DNA from: Candidatus Nomurabacteria bacterium
GTDB taxonomy: Bacteria; Patescibacteriota; Minisyncoccia; Phycocordibacterales; UBA9973
Length of the DNA: 64,000 bases
Direction: 5' to 3'
NCBI GenBank assembly: GCA_023267435.1
Contig: JAHFNH010000001.1
Coordinates: 80,253 to 144,252 of the forward strand
Shown here: positions 29,325-37,242 of the stretch, one piece after another
How positions within the stretch are numbered: position 1 is the first letter of the stretch
Layout: each line of letters begins with the position of its first letter
Position numbers and translations under genes: made by a program
Notes under the pieces: model-generated
What the model was told of the DNA's origin: nothing
The model's database searches: none
Seen by the model: only the letters and a program-made list of their open reading frames with translations

Positions 29325-30179
29325 TTATTTTCCAAAGAAATAATTTGTAATTCCTTTGGTGGTCAGACCAGCCATCGTTTTATAAGCTTGATGACGCGTG
29401 GAACTTTTGCGAAACATTTTTTCATAAATATAACCATATTCAACAAGAACTGAACTAGTATCAGGATTCAAGGTATCATTTGCCCCGAGGGCAATAAGTT
29501 TCTGATCCGGAACCATTCCACCTATTTCCTCTGGTAAAGTGCTTGATTGGTATTTTTTATGAAGCTGCGAAAAAATACTACCCGCTAATTTGGAGCTTTC
29601 TTTAGAATTAGCAAGTTGTCCGTCTGGCATATAAATAGTGAAACCTTTATATTCCCCTATTTTCCATTTTGTTGGGCGCGGATAATCATTGAAATGAAAA
29701 TGTATCACAGCATCCATTTTGTTTTCATCTACCCATTTATTTATTCCATACAATACGATAGACGTGTCTTTCGTTACTGAATTATGTATTACTGTTTCTT
29801 TTTGAACAAAACTACCAGTGGCAACTTTAGCCTGCATTTCTTGTTTAGCATTCTGCCTGAAAGAAATAATATCTTCTTTATGTTGTGAAAAATAATCGGC
29901 AAATTCTTTCGTGTAACCCGAACTGTCGCGAGTAATGTAAACCTCGAATCTTTTGTCTTTTTTTAGAAGATTATAAACCTGTGTAGCTAAAACTAGAGTC
30001 ATATTAGCCTCTTTTATATTTCCATATTGCGCTCCCCAAACTTCGTTGTCGTGACCTGGTACAAGCAATATTCTAATAGGTTCCACGGGTTTTGAAGTTG
30101 ATTTTGAAACAGGTGAAACTGCCTGTGTAAAAAATACAGGAATTAAAAAAGCTATCAGTATGAATAATATTTTCTTCAT
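29325..30179 (-). CDS. Secreted N-acetylmuramoyl-L-alanine amidase (Amidase_3)
   Basis: Signal peptide; LVPGHD...E, HFHFND and LVEYGYI zinc/catalytic motifs. Confidence 0.8.
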   Translation of the reverse strand: MKKILFILIAFLIPVFFTQAVSPVSKSTSKPVEPIRILLVPGHDNEVWGAQYGNIKEANMTLVLATQVYNLLKKDKRFEVYITRDSSGYTKEFADYFSQHKEDIISFRQNAKQEMQAKVATGSFVQKETVIHNSVTKDTSIVLYGINKWVDENKMDAVIHFHFNDYPRPTKWKIGEYKGFTIYMPDGQLANSKESSKLAGSIFSQLHKKYQSSTLPEEIGGMVPDQKLIALGANDTLNPDTSSVLVEYGYIYEKMFRKSSTRHQAYKTMAGLTTKGITNYFFGK

Positions 30180-30196
30180 TGTAGTACAATAATACC

Positions 30197-31105
30197 ATGC
30201 CTGAGCTACCAGAAGTAGAGACGACAACCAGAGGCCTTCGCAAAGAAGTTGTCGGCCTTAAAATAAAAGACGTTTGGACGGATTTAAACACCAAAGACAA
30301 ACGTCAACATGATGCGGTTGCCAACCCGAAATATTTCACTATTTTTAAAAAAGAAGTTTTAGATAAAAAAATTATATCTGTCGAGAGGCAGGCTAAAAAT
30401 ATTTTAATAAATCTGACAGGAAACAAGACAATTTTAATCCATTTAAAAATGACTGGACACCTGCTTTATGGAAAGTATAAATATATCCTAAAAGAAAACA
30501 AATGGATTCCGGATGAAACCGGACCATTGCAAGACCCTTACAATAGATTTATACATTTTGTCTTTACCCTATCCGACAAAAAGTTTTTAGCTTTTTCAGA
30601 TGCGCGCAAATTCGGAAAAATAACTTTACTTGATACAAAAACAGCGCACGACTCAAGACACTTAAAAGATTTAGGGCCAGATCCACTGGCGAAAGATTTT
30701 AATTTAGAAAAATTCAAAGAAAGACTTTCGAAAAAGCAAAATGGAAAAATAAAAACAGTTTTAGTAGACCAAAGCGTGCTCTCCGGCATAGGAAATATTT
30801 ATTCTGACGAAATCCTTTGGTATGCTGGCATTCATCCGGAAAGAAAAGTACAAGATATAAAAGAAAATGAATTTAAAAAAATGTTTCAAGCAACAAAAGA
30901 AACTTTAACCAAAGGCATAAATTTCGGAGGAGATTCAATGTCGGACTACCGCAATATTTATGGCCTGCCTGGTAAATTTCAGCTTCATCACGAAGCGTAC
31001 CGACGGACTGGGGAAAAGTGTCGAAGGAAAGGTTGCAAAGGTGTTATAATGAGAAAAGTTATCAATAACCGGAGTGCACATTTTTGCTCCATTCATCAAA
31101 TTTAA
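30197..31105 (+). CDS. mutM: Formamidopyrimidine-DNA glycosylase
   Basis: MPELPEVE start, HLKMTG, GIGNIYSDE, C-terminal zinc finger. Confidence 0.96.
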   Translation: MPELPEVETTTRGLRKEVVGLKIKDVWTDLNTKDKRQHDAVANPKYFTIFKKEVLDKKIISVERQAKNILINLTGNKTILIHLKMTGHLLYGKYKYILKENKWIPDETGPLQDPYNRFIHFVFTLSDKKFLAFSDARKFGKITLLDTKTAHDSRHLKDLGPDPLAKDFNLEKFKERLSKKQNGKIKTVLVDQSVLSGIGNIYSDEILWYAGIHPERKVQDIKENEFKKMFQATKETLTKGINFGGDSMSDYRNIYGLPGKFQLHHEAYRRTGEKCRRKGCKGVIMRKVINNRSAHFCSIHQI

Positions 31106-31108
31106 ATT

Positions 31109-31267
31109 ATGGCTTGGGATCACTTAAAATGGCTTATCTTTGTACTAATTGGACTTTGGTTCGTCTGGTTCTTTTCTGGCGGACCGCAGAGATTTGAAAA
31201 TAGTCAAAAACCTTTCATTAAACCACCTTCTCCAATAGACACAGGAGAATTTTACGGACCTAAATAA
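31109..31267 (+). CDS. Small single-TM protein (52 aa), not in the ORF track
   Basis: MAWDHLKWLIFVLIGLWFVWFFSGGPQRFENSQKPFIKPPSPIDTGEFYGPK, starting 3 nt after the mutM stop. Confidence 0.65.
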   Translation: MAWDHLKWLIFVLIGLWFVWFFSGGPQRFENSQKPFIKPPSPIDTGEFYGPK

Positions 31268-31375
31268 TATTCAGGATTTGTGATTTAGAAAACATTGCGC
31301 AGCGCGACGGCGCGAGCATAGCAAATTTTCAGCAGAAAATTATGTGTGTTTTATAAAATACAAATTCTGAATATT
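31266..31375. repeat. Palindromic element with a GC-rich core
   Basis: 16-bp inverted repeat AATATTCAGGATTTGT/ACAAATTCTGAATATT enclosing GCGACGGCG and TTTTCAGCAGAAAA, both also at 32099-32198. Confidence 0.65.
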
Positions 31376-31896
31376 TAAACACCTAAAATCCTAAACAATG
31401 CAATTCCTAAAGAAACAGAAACATTTAGTGATTCTTTCTTCCCTTTCATTGGTATCTCGGCAACAATGTCGCACTTCTTTAAAACATTTTTTGGTATTCC
31501 GGTAACTTCTGTGCCGACAATAAAGGCATTCCCTCCTCCTCGGCGGGCAGGTTTCTTATTTATTTTTACTTTTTTGTAATCAATAGAATTTTCTGCCTGC
31601 TCGATGGCAATAATTAAAAAACCTTCTCGTTTTAATTTCGTAATAAGTGGGAAAATCATTTTCTTTTGTTCCCAAGGTACGAATTCTTCCGCGCCCAAGG
31701 CAGACTTGGCTATATCTGTGCGCTTTCTACCGAAACGATCAAAGGGTGCGGGTGTATATCCAGTCAAATAAATCTTGGAAATACCAGCCGCGTCCGCTGT
31801 GCGGAACATAGCTCCCACGTTCTCGGTACTTCGAATATCATTTAATATTAAAACGTTTTCTGTGTATTTTTTACTAATGGGTTGATTTTTAGACAT
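31375..31896 (-). CDS. TrmH/SpoU family RNA methyltransferase
   Basis: NVGAMFRTAD, GTEVTGI, IPMKGKKESLNVSV. Confidence 0.93.
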   Translation of the reverse strand: MSKNQPISKKYTENVLILNDIRSTENVGAMFRTADAAGISKIYLTGYTPAPFDRFGRKRTDIAKSALGAEEFVPWEQKKMIFPLITKLKREGFLIIAIEQAENSIDYKKVKINKKPARRGGGNAFIVGTEVTGIPKNVLKKCDIVAEIPMKGKKESLNVSVSLGIALFRILGV

Positions 31897-31957
31897 ATTT
31901 CTTATACTATCATATACATGTCTGAAGGTCAGGCACTTTGTTTGAAAATATGTATTT

Positions 31958-32030
31958 GCGCCCGTAGCTCAGTCGGTAGAGCAGCTCCCTTTTAAGGAGA
32001 CGGTCGTTGGTTCGATTCCAACCGGGCGCA
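31958..32030 (+). tRNA. tRNA-Lys(TTT)
   Basis: GCGCCCG/CGGGCGC acceptor stem, anticodon loop CTTTTAA, GGTTCGATTCC T arm. Confidence 0.93.
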
Positions 32031-32222
32031 CAAAACGAGAATTTAACAAAAGCACCCTGCGGTGCTTTTGTTCGTTTTGTGCGAGCCACAGTCATATTTT
32101 TTCAGCAGAAAAAATAGACGAGGCAGGGTTGTGAAAATTTTCTTTTGACGAAAAGAAAATTATTCCTGACCACAAAAAGATTCTTCCGAGCGACGGCGAG
32201 AAAATATTTGTGACCACAAAAT
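32031..32222. repeat. Hairpin and short-repeat cluster downstream of tRNA-Lys
   Basis: ACAAAAGCACC/GGTGCTTTTGT hairpin, TTTTCAGCAGAAAA, GCGACGGCG, TGACCACAAA twice (32167, 32211). Confidence 0.6.
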
Positions 32223-32274
32223 ATTTTGAGAAATAAAAAACCCCTTGAATTTCAAGGGGTTAAATTAAGTACAA

Positions 32275-32856
32275 TCATGAACCAACATAACATATTTCTT
32301 TTCCAATAGGATGTCGTACACATCTTACAATATGTACACGAGATATTACGTCTTTTGAAAAACCGTTCATTTCCAAAAGTGTTTTCAAAGATTTTTTAGG
32401 AGTAAAAGATATGTCATTTACTTTAACAATGTCTGTTCTTTCTTTCCAATCTACTTCGTGCATCCAATCATAGAAACAATTTCTTACATAATGCTTATAA
32501 GCAAAATAACTTCTTGTGTCATCTCGTTCTCCTGCTTTGTATGGATTAAGAAGAACATTTTCAAGCAAATACATATCACCAGGTTTATAATCATCAAGAC
32601 GTTCTATTTTCCCCTGATATGTAAGTTCAATTTCACGAGTATTATCGTAATTACTCAAAACATCTTTCATGAGTTCCATAAAACTTATATTTCTTAAAAA
32701 AGATTGTTTCTTCTCTAGATCAATCCCGAGTAAAATAAAATAATAAGAAAGTGGTTCTTCGCTAGATGGAATGTGTAATACTTTTACATTTAAAGAATCA
32801 GAAAATAAATCTGTTCTCTCCTTAAGTTGATCTAGAATATTTTTTTCTATATTCAT
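32275..32856 (-). CDS. Hypothetical protein (ORFan-like)
   Basis: 193-aa ATG ORF between a bidirectional promoter and a terminator at about 32236-32261. Confidence 0.7.
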   Translation of the reverse strand: MNIEKNILDQLKERTDLFSDSLNVKVLHIPSSEEPLSYYFILLGIDLEKKQSFLRNISFMELMKDVLSNYDNTREIELTYQGKIERLDDYKPGDMYLLENVLLNPYKAGERDDTRSYFAYKHYVRNCFYDWMHEVDWKERTDIVKVNDISFTPKKSLKTLLEMNGFSKDVISRVHIVRCVRHPIGKEICYVGS

Positions 32857-32903
32857 TTTTCTATAGTATTTGATTGTTTAAGGACTCTGTTTATTTCCTC
32901 AAC

Positions 32904-32949
32904 ACAATATCACAAAAACATTGACGAGTCAATAAATATTTGGTATTGT
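32904..32949. promoter_or_regulatory. Symmetric bidirectional sigma70 promoter
   Basis: TTGACGAGTCAA core; plus TTGACG-17-TATTGT; minus TTGACT-17-TATTGT. Confidence 0.8.
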
Positions 32950-33001
32950 CTGGTTAGACATTTCTGATAACTAACCGAGCCTAGCTCATTAAAAAATAAA
33001 A

Positions 33002-33979
33002 ATGGAAACAAAACCTAAACTTAAATTGTATGAGAAATTAACCTCAGCGTTATATTTCTTGCATTATGATGTAACTTCACAGGTTCTTTCTTTTTTCATA
33101 CATAAGTCTTGTGTAGAAAATTTAGAAAAACTAGCTGAAGGTAATAATCTTCTTGAGATTTATAAAAATAAGTATTTTCCTGAACAAACCTCTTACACAA
33201 GTTACCTTAAAACTGTTCATGGTTTTAATGATTGTGGTAAGGTTGAGGGAATATTTGGTAATTTCTTAAAAATTTCTTTTAAACTTTTACCCCTTTACAC
33301 TTTTACTGAAGAAATATGTTCGGAATGTAAAGGAACTGGCAAGCACAATGTTTTTGATTTGAATTGTAATCAATGTCATGGAACAAAAAAAGAATTAGTT
33401 TTCAATAGAGAACCATTACTTGCAATAACCAATACAATTTCTTTATTACTTGCTCTCTTAGATTGTTATATAGCAATCTACGAATCAGATTCGTCTTTTG
33501 AAGAAAAATACACTGAGTCACTATATGTAATACGAACAATTACAGAACGTGACATGAATGGTCATGCAATGGGCGGATCTATGAGTGGTTTTTTTAAAAA
33601 AGCTATTGAGGATTATTTTAATCACAGTGTTTCTGCCGGCAAATCTTATAAATCTATTAGTGGAGAGTCTGTTTGTTGTGAACAAGTTGAAAAAGATATG
33701 GAACAAACATACAAAATGTTAATGGCTAATCCTTTCGCAACTAAATCAGATTTACATTCAATAACAGCTCTTGTAAGAGATGGGGGTTTCTTTTACCTAG
33801 AAACTAATGGGACTAATGGATGTAACTTTTATACATCCAATCAGGGAATGAATACATATTGGTATAAAGGAAAAGATAAAGGTTTACCAATTTCTTGTCA
33901 CAATGTTGATGGTCCTTTACAACAAATCATATTACTGATTGGTTTAGCAAGATTAAGTGAAGATATTATTTTGTCCTAA
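33002..33979 (+). CDS. Hypothetical protein with a DnaJ-type zinc-finger pair
   Basis: CSECKGTG...CNQCHGT; terminator at about 33985-34012. Confidence 0.7.
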   Translation: METKPKLKLYEKLTSALYFLHYDVTSQVLSFFIHKSCVENLEKLAEGNNLLEIYKNKYFPEQTSYTSYLKTVHGFNDCGKVEGIFGNFLKISFKLLPLYTFTEEICSECKGTGKHNVFDLNCNQCHGTKKELVFNREPLLAITNTISLLLALLDCYIAIYESDSSFEEKYTESLYVIRTITERDMNGHAMGGSMSGFFKKAIEDYFNHSVSAGKSYKSISGESVCCEQVEKDMEQTYKMLMANPFATKSDLHSITALVRDGGFFYLETNGTNGCNFYTSNQGMNTYWYKGKDKGLPISCHNVDGPLQQIILLIGLARLSEDIILS

Positions 33980-34078
33980 TTTTTAAAGCACTACTTATTG
34001 TAGTGCTTTTTATTTCCCCCCTACATCGCCTTAAAGAAATTAAAACAAAAAAAGAAGTATTTCTACTTCTTTTAATTC

Positions 34079-34384
34079 TTAACTTGTAACTTTTGCCAAA
34101 ACTTCCATTAAAGTATCAAAACTGTAATTTAGACAAACTTCCATATCCTTTATACAATCTTTTTCTTCAGCAGGATTATTAAGAAATTCTTCTTTAAAGT
34201 ACTTTTTTGATGCATAGTTTTTTTCTGTGCCTACAGAATTTCTAATTTCTTTGCAAAAATTTTTGTAAAGTTTTGGTCCAAGTACCTGTGCGATTTCTGT
34301 ATTTATAGAAACAGAATGTATTAATTTTCTATTATAATGAAAATGTATCTTTCCAGCGAGTTTAAAAGCTTCTTTAGTTAACAT
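34079..34384 (-). CDS. Hypothetical protein (ORFan-like)
   Basis: ATG ORF on the minus arm of the 34429-34474 promoter. Confidence 0.65.
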   Translation of the reverse strand: MLTKEAFKLAGKIHFHYNRKLIHSVSINTEIAQVLGPKLYKNFCKEIRNSVGTEKNYASKKYFKEEFLNNPAEEKDCIKDMEVCLNYSFDTLMEVLAKVTS

Positions 34385-34428
34385 GTTTTTATTTTTTAGA
34401 GTTAAACAACAATTATATTTTCAAATAA

Positions 34429-34474
34429 ACCATATCACAAAAACATTGACGAGTCAATGAATGTTTGGTAATGT
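34429..34474. promoter_or_regulatory. Symmetric bidirectional sigma70 promoter
   Basis: 27 nt identical to 32907-32933; plus TTGACG-17-TAATGT; minus TTGACT-17-TATGGT. Confidence 0.8.
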
Positions 34475-34524
34475 AACAACAGAACATCGCTATTTAAAAT
34501 AAAATCTCACTAAAAATAAAACAA

Positions 34525-34872
34525 ATGAAAAATAAGTATATTTGGTTAGTTGTCCACAAATGGGGCAAAAACCTAGAAAAAATAACCGGTAGTTTAGTTC
34601 TTACAGAGACTACCGACATTTCAGAATTAAAGAAGGTCTATTCAAGTGGAAATGCCCCTACTGCATATATGGAAGGCGATAAAACATTTGTAAAACTTCT
34701 AAATGAAAAAAGAGAATTAAACAAAAAGGGAGATATTCTTTTCAATGAAAACATACTGGAACTAGATTCACTAAATATCTTGTCTGAAGCTCTTGTAAAA
34801 TTTTTGAATCCAAAAAAGGAATGGGTATTAGTACACCAAAAAACAATTGTTCTAAGAAAAAACAAAAAATAG
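34525..34872 (+). CDS. Hypothetical protein (ORFan-like)
   Basis: ATG ORF followed by the terminator AAAACGTTGCA/TGCAACGTTTT. Confidence 0.65.
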   Translation: MKNKYIWLVVHKWGKNLEKITGSLVLTETTDISELKKVYSSGNAPTAYMEGDKTFVKLLNEKRELNKKGDILFNENILELDSLNILSEALVKFLNPKKEWVLVHQKTIVLRKNKK

Positions 34873-34929
34873 AACTTTATCAAAAAACGTTGCATAAAAT
34901 GCAACGTTTTTTATTTTTTATTTCGGTGT

Positions 34930-35454
34930 TTACCTCATCACCTCTCCAACAGCTTCATCTTCAAGATCTTTATCCGCATCTGCTTTAGTGATGTGTATGC
35001 GTCCGTCGATATGATTTGGCGGAGCGTAGACTGTATATATTTTCAGTGAACTCGTGCCTGTATTTATAAAATTATGTTTTGTACCCGGTGGCACCACGAC
35101 GACATCCCCTGCGCTGATAGGACTTTCCTTTCCATCTAAAACTGCTTTACCGACACCACTTAAAAAGAACAAGGTCTGTTCGGTGTATTTATGCGTTTCT
35201 TCGCCGACTTCCCCACCTGGCGGAATATCCATGACGACGAGCTGGCTTCTCGTGCCGGTAAAAAGAACTTTTCTAAAATATGTATTTTTCTCTACTTCAT
35301 TCACTATGTTTGTTGTATAAGGCATATGAGCTTTGCTACTTATTAATAATAATTCACTATTTTGTTTATTTTGATAAAAGTAAATTGTTCCAACTAAGGC
35401 AGCAATCAAAACCAGTACAACTAAAATCAAATGCCATTTTTTAAGTTTTTCCAT
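34930..35454 (-). CDS. Cupin domain protein with an N-terminal TM anchor
   Basis: GEETH..TEQ and VPPGTKHN cupin motifs, YTVYAPPNH. Confidence 0.85.
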   Translation of the reverse strand: MEKLKKWHLILVVLVLIAALVGTIYFYQNKQNSELLLISSKAHMPYTTNIVNEVEKNTYFRKVLFTGTRSQLVVMDIPPGGEVGEETHKYTEQTLFFLSGVGKAVLDGKESPISAGDVVVVPPGTKHNFINTGTSSLKIYTVYAPPNHIDGRIHITKADADKDLEDEAVGEVMR

Positions 35455-35503
35455 AATATGTTTATTATAACACTATCACCTAAAGTTTGGTGATATAACT
35501 TTT

Positions 35504-35541
35504 ACAAAAACATTGACGGGTCAACAAATCTTTGGTAAAGT
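35504..35541 (+). promoter_or_regulatory. Member of the TTGAC-NN-GTCAA promoter family with a degenerate minus arm
   Basis: ACAAAAACATTGACGGGTCAA; plus TTGACG-17-TAAAGT. Confidence 0.7.
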
Positions 35542-35610
35542 AACAAAAAGATTGCGTTGTTTGAAAAATTAACAAATTCACTGAATATTCTCACTAAAAC
35601 AATAAATAAA

Positions 35611-36015
35611 ATGAAAAAGAAAATTGAAATTTGGAAAAGACAAAGAATTATATTCTTGATCTTGGGTATTATTATCACAGTAGTATCACTGTATTTTTTA
35701 CTCAAAAGTGAAACTGGATTGCCCTTATATCCTATTTCAGGAATGATTTTAGGGGCTATTATTGCTTTTGGCTGTGCTGTACATCTTGTCTTAGGATATC
35801 CTGTCCTACAACGAAAAGGCTTCAATACCAACCAGGAAATAAAAACATTGTCTTTGTTTAAAAAAGAGGAAATAGGAGGAGTAACTTTGTATGTTTATGA
35901 AATAGAAATCAAAATCCTCAATAAGGAAGAAACTTTCTTGCTTGAAGATACTGTTTGTTTAAAAATCGGTGATTCATATATACTGACAGTAGATAAAAAA
36001 TGGGCTCAAAAATAA
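35611..36015 (+). CDS. Hypothetical membrane protein
   Basis: Two TM helices; probable ATG at 35611. Confidence 0.65.
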   Translation: MKKKIEIWKRQRIIFLILGIIITVVSLYFLLKSETGLPLYPISGMILGAIIAFGCAVHLVLGYPVLQRKGFNTNQEIKTLSLFKKEEIGGVTLYVYEIEIKILNKEETFLLEDTVCLKIGDSYILTVDKKWAQK

Positions 36016-36052
36016 AAAATGTCCTTGCAGAAATGCAGGGATTTTTTATTTC

Positions 36053-36700
36053 CTAAAAAGCCTTTAGTAAAAACTGCTCAAAAGCAGATTCGTCGTCCAA
36101 GCCAGCCTTGCGAGACTCTGGTAAAAGATATGATATTTTTGAAGCAAAGTTTTTTAACTCTTCTTCTTTGAATTTTCTGAAGTTCTTTTTCAAAATCATG
36201 TCTTTTGCTTTCCAAAAAAGAATACCAATAAGCTCTTCCATTCCTACCCCTTTATCCATCGCTTGTCTGAAATAAATCCAAAGATTTAATTTGTCTCTGT
36301 CTTCAAAAGCATACGCCAAAAGAAAACTATTAAACTTCTCTTTTTTCTCTTTTGGTAATTCAAAAATATTTAATTCAGCTCGAGCCTTCTTGAAAGCGTC
36401 TAGTACCGGCTTATTTAACTTACCTTCTAAAAAGATAAAGGAGTTACCAGATTTTTCCATAAATTCTAATTTTTCCAAAACTAAATCTAAGGTTTCTTCT
36501 CGTTCAAAAATATTTGTATACACCACCGCACACTTAGTAAAAAAAAGTCCCGCACCAGAATAAAAGCTCTCCATCTGCATCGGATTGAAATCGTTTTTGC
36601 CAATAAAAAAAGTCTCTATGCCTTTTGGCAGAGACTTTAAAAATTTCTCATAAGAAGCATGCTTGGTCTTAGCATCATCACCAGCAAAAAGATAAATCAT
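36053..36700 (-). CDS. holA: Shortened DNA polymerase III delta subunit-like protein
   Basis: MIYLFAGDD start, GLFF motif and helical C-terminus; only 215 aa. Confidence 0.6.
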   Translation of the reverse strand: MIYLFAGDDAKTKHASYEKFLKSLPKGIETFFIGKNDFNPMQMESFYSGAGLFFTKCAVVYTNIFEREETLDLVLEKLEFMEKSGNSFIFLEGKLNKPVLDAFKKARAELNIFELPKEKKEKFNSFLLAYAFEDRDKLNLWIYFRQAMDKGVGMEELIGILFWKAKDMILKKNFRKFKEEELKNFASKISYLLPESRKAGLDDESAFEQFLLKAF

Positions 36701-36703
36701 AAA

Positions 36704-37204
36704 TTAGAATCGGACTGATTTTTTATATTCTAGGTACGGAGCGCCGTATTTATCAGCTAGCATAACTTCTTCCATTTTAGTAAAAATTAGTTTCGTAACT
36801 AGAAAAGAAAGCACAGTAAATAAAATTATAAAAGTGGCATTCATCACAAGTCCAAAACCTAACATCAAAAGGAAAAGGCCTAAGTGAGTCGGAATTCTAG
36901 TAAAACAATAAGGACCGCTGCAAAAAGATTCCTTAGTTAATGTTTCTTTCTTTAAATTTCTAGAAGTTGTCTGAGCCCAAAAAATCAAACAAGTAGACAA
37001 AACAATAATCACAGCACCGACAGGCACTAAAGTGGACTGTTCAAATAACTTTCGTGGAAAAAGAAAATCAAAAAATATGCCGAACAAAAGTGCTAAGAAA
37101 TAAATAGTATATGATTGCGCAAGTATCGTGTGAACACTTGTTTTTTGGGCAACTTTCGCACCCATTGAGTGTCCCTCTGCTTCTTCTTGTTTAGTTGAAT
37201 GCAT
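36704..37204 (-). CDS. Isoprenylcysteine/phospholipid methyltransferase family membrane protein
   Basis: GPYCFTRIP.HLG and EE..L..KYG..Y.EYKK.V motifs. Confidence 0.8.
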   Translation of the reverse strand: MHSTKQEEAEGHSMGAKVAQKTSVHTILAQSYTIYFLALLFGIFFDFLFPRKLFEQSTLVPVGAVIIVLSTCLIFWAQTTSRNLKKETLTKESFCSGPYCFTRIPTHLGLFLLMLGFGLVMNATFIILFTVLSFLVTKLIFTKMEEVMLADKYGAPYLEYKKSVRF

Positions 37205-37242
37205 ACGAGTCCTATTATACCATACAAACAAGGCAAAGTGAA

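Noticed and set aside
31910-32095. 61-aa minus-strand ORF
   Set aside because: It is the antisense of tRNA-Lys and its terminator
32031-36050. Prophage or integrative element at tRNA-Lys
   Set aside because: No integrase, phage structural gene or duplicated tRNA 3' end found; only an ORFan-rich block
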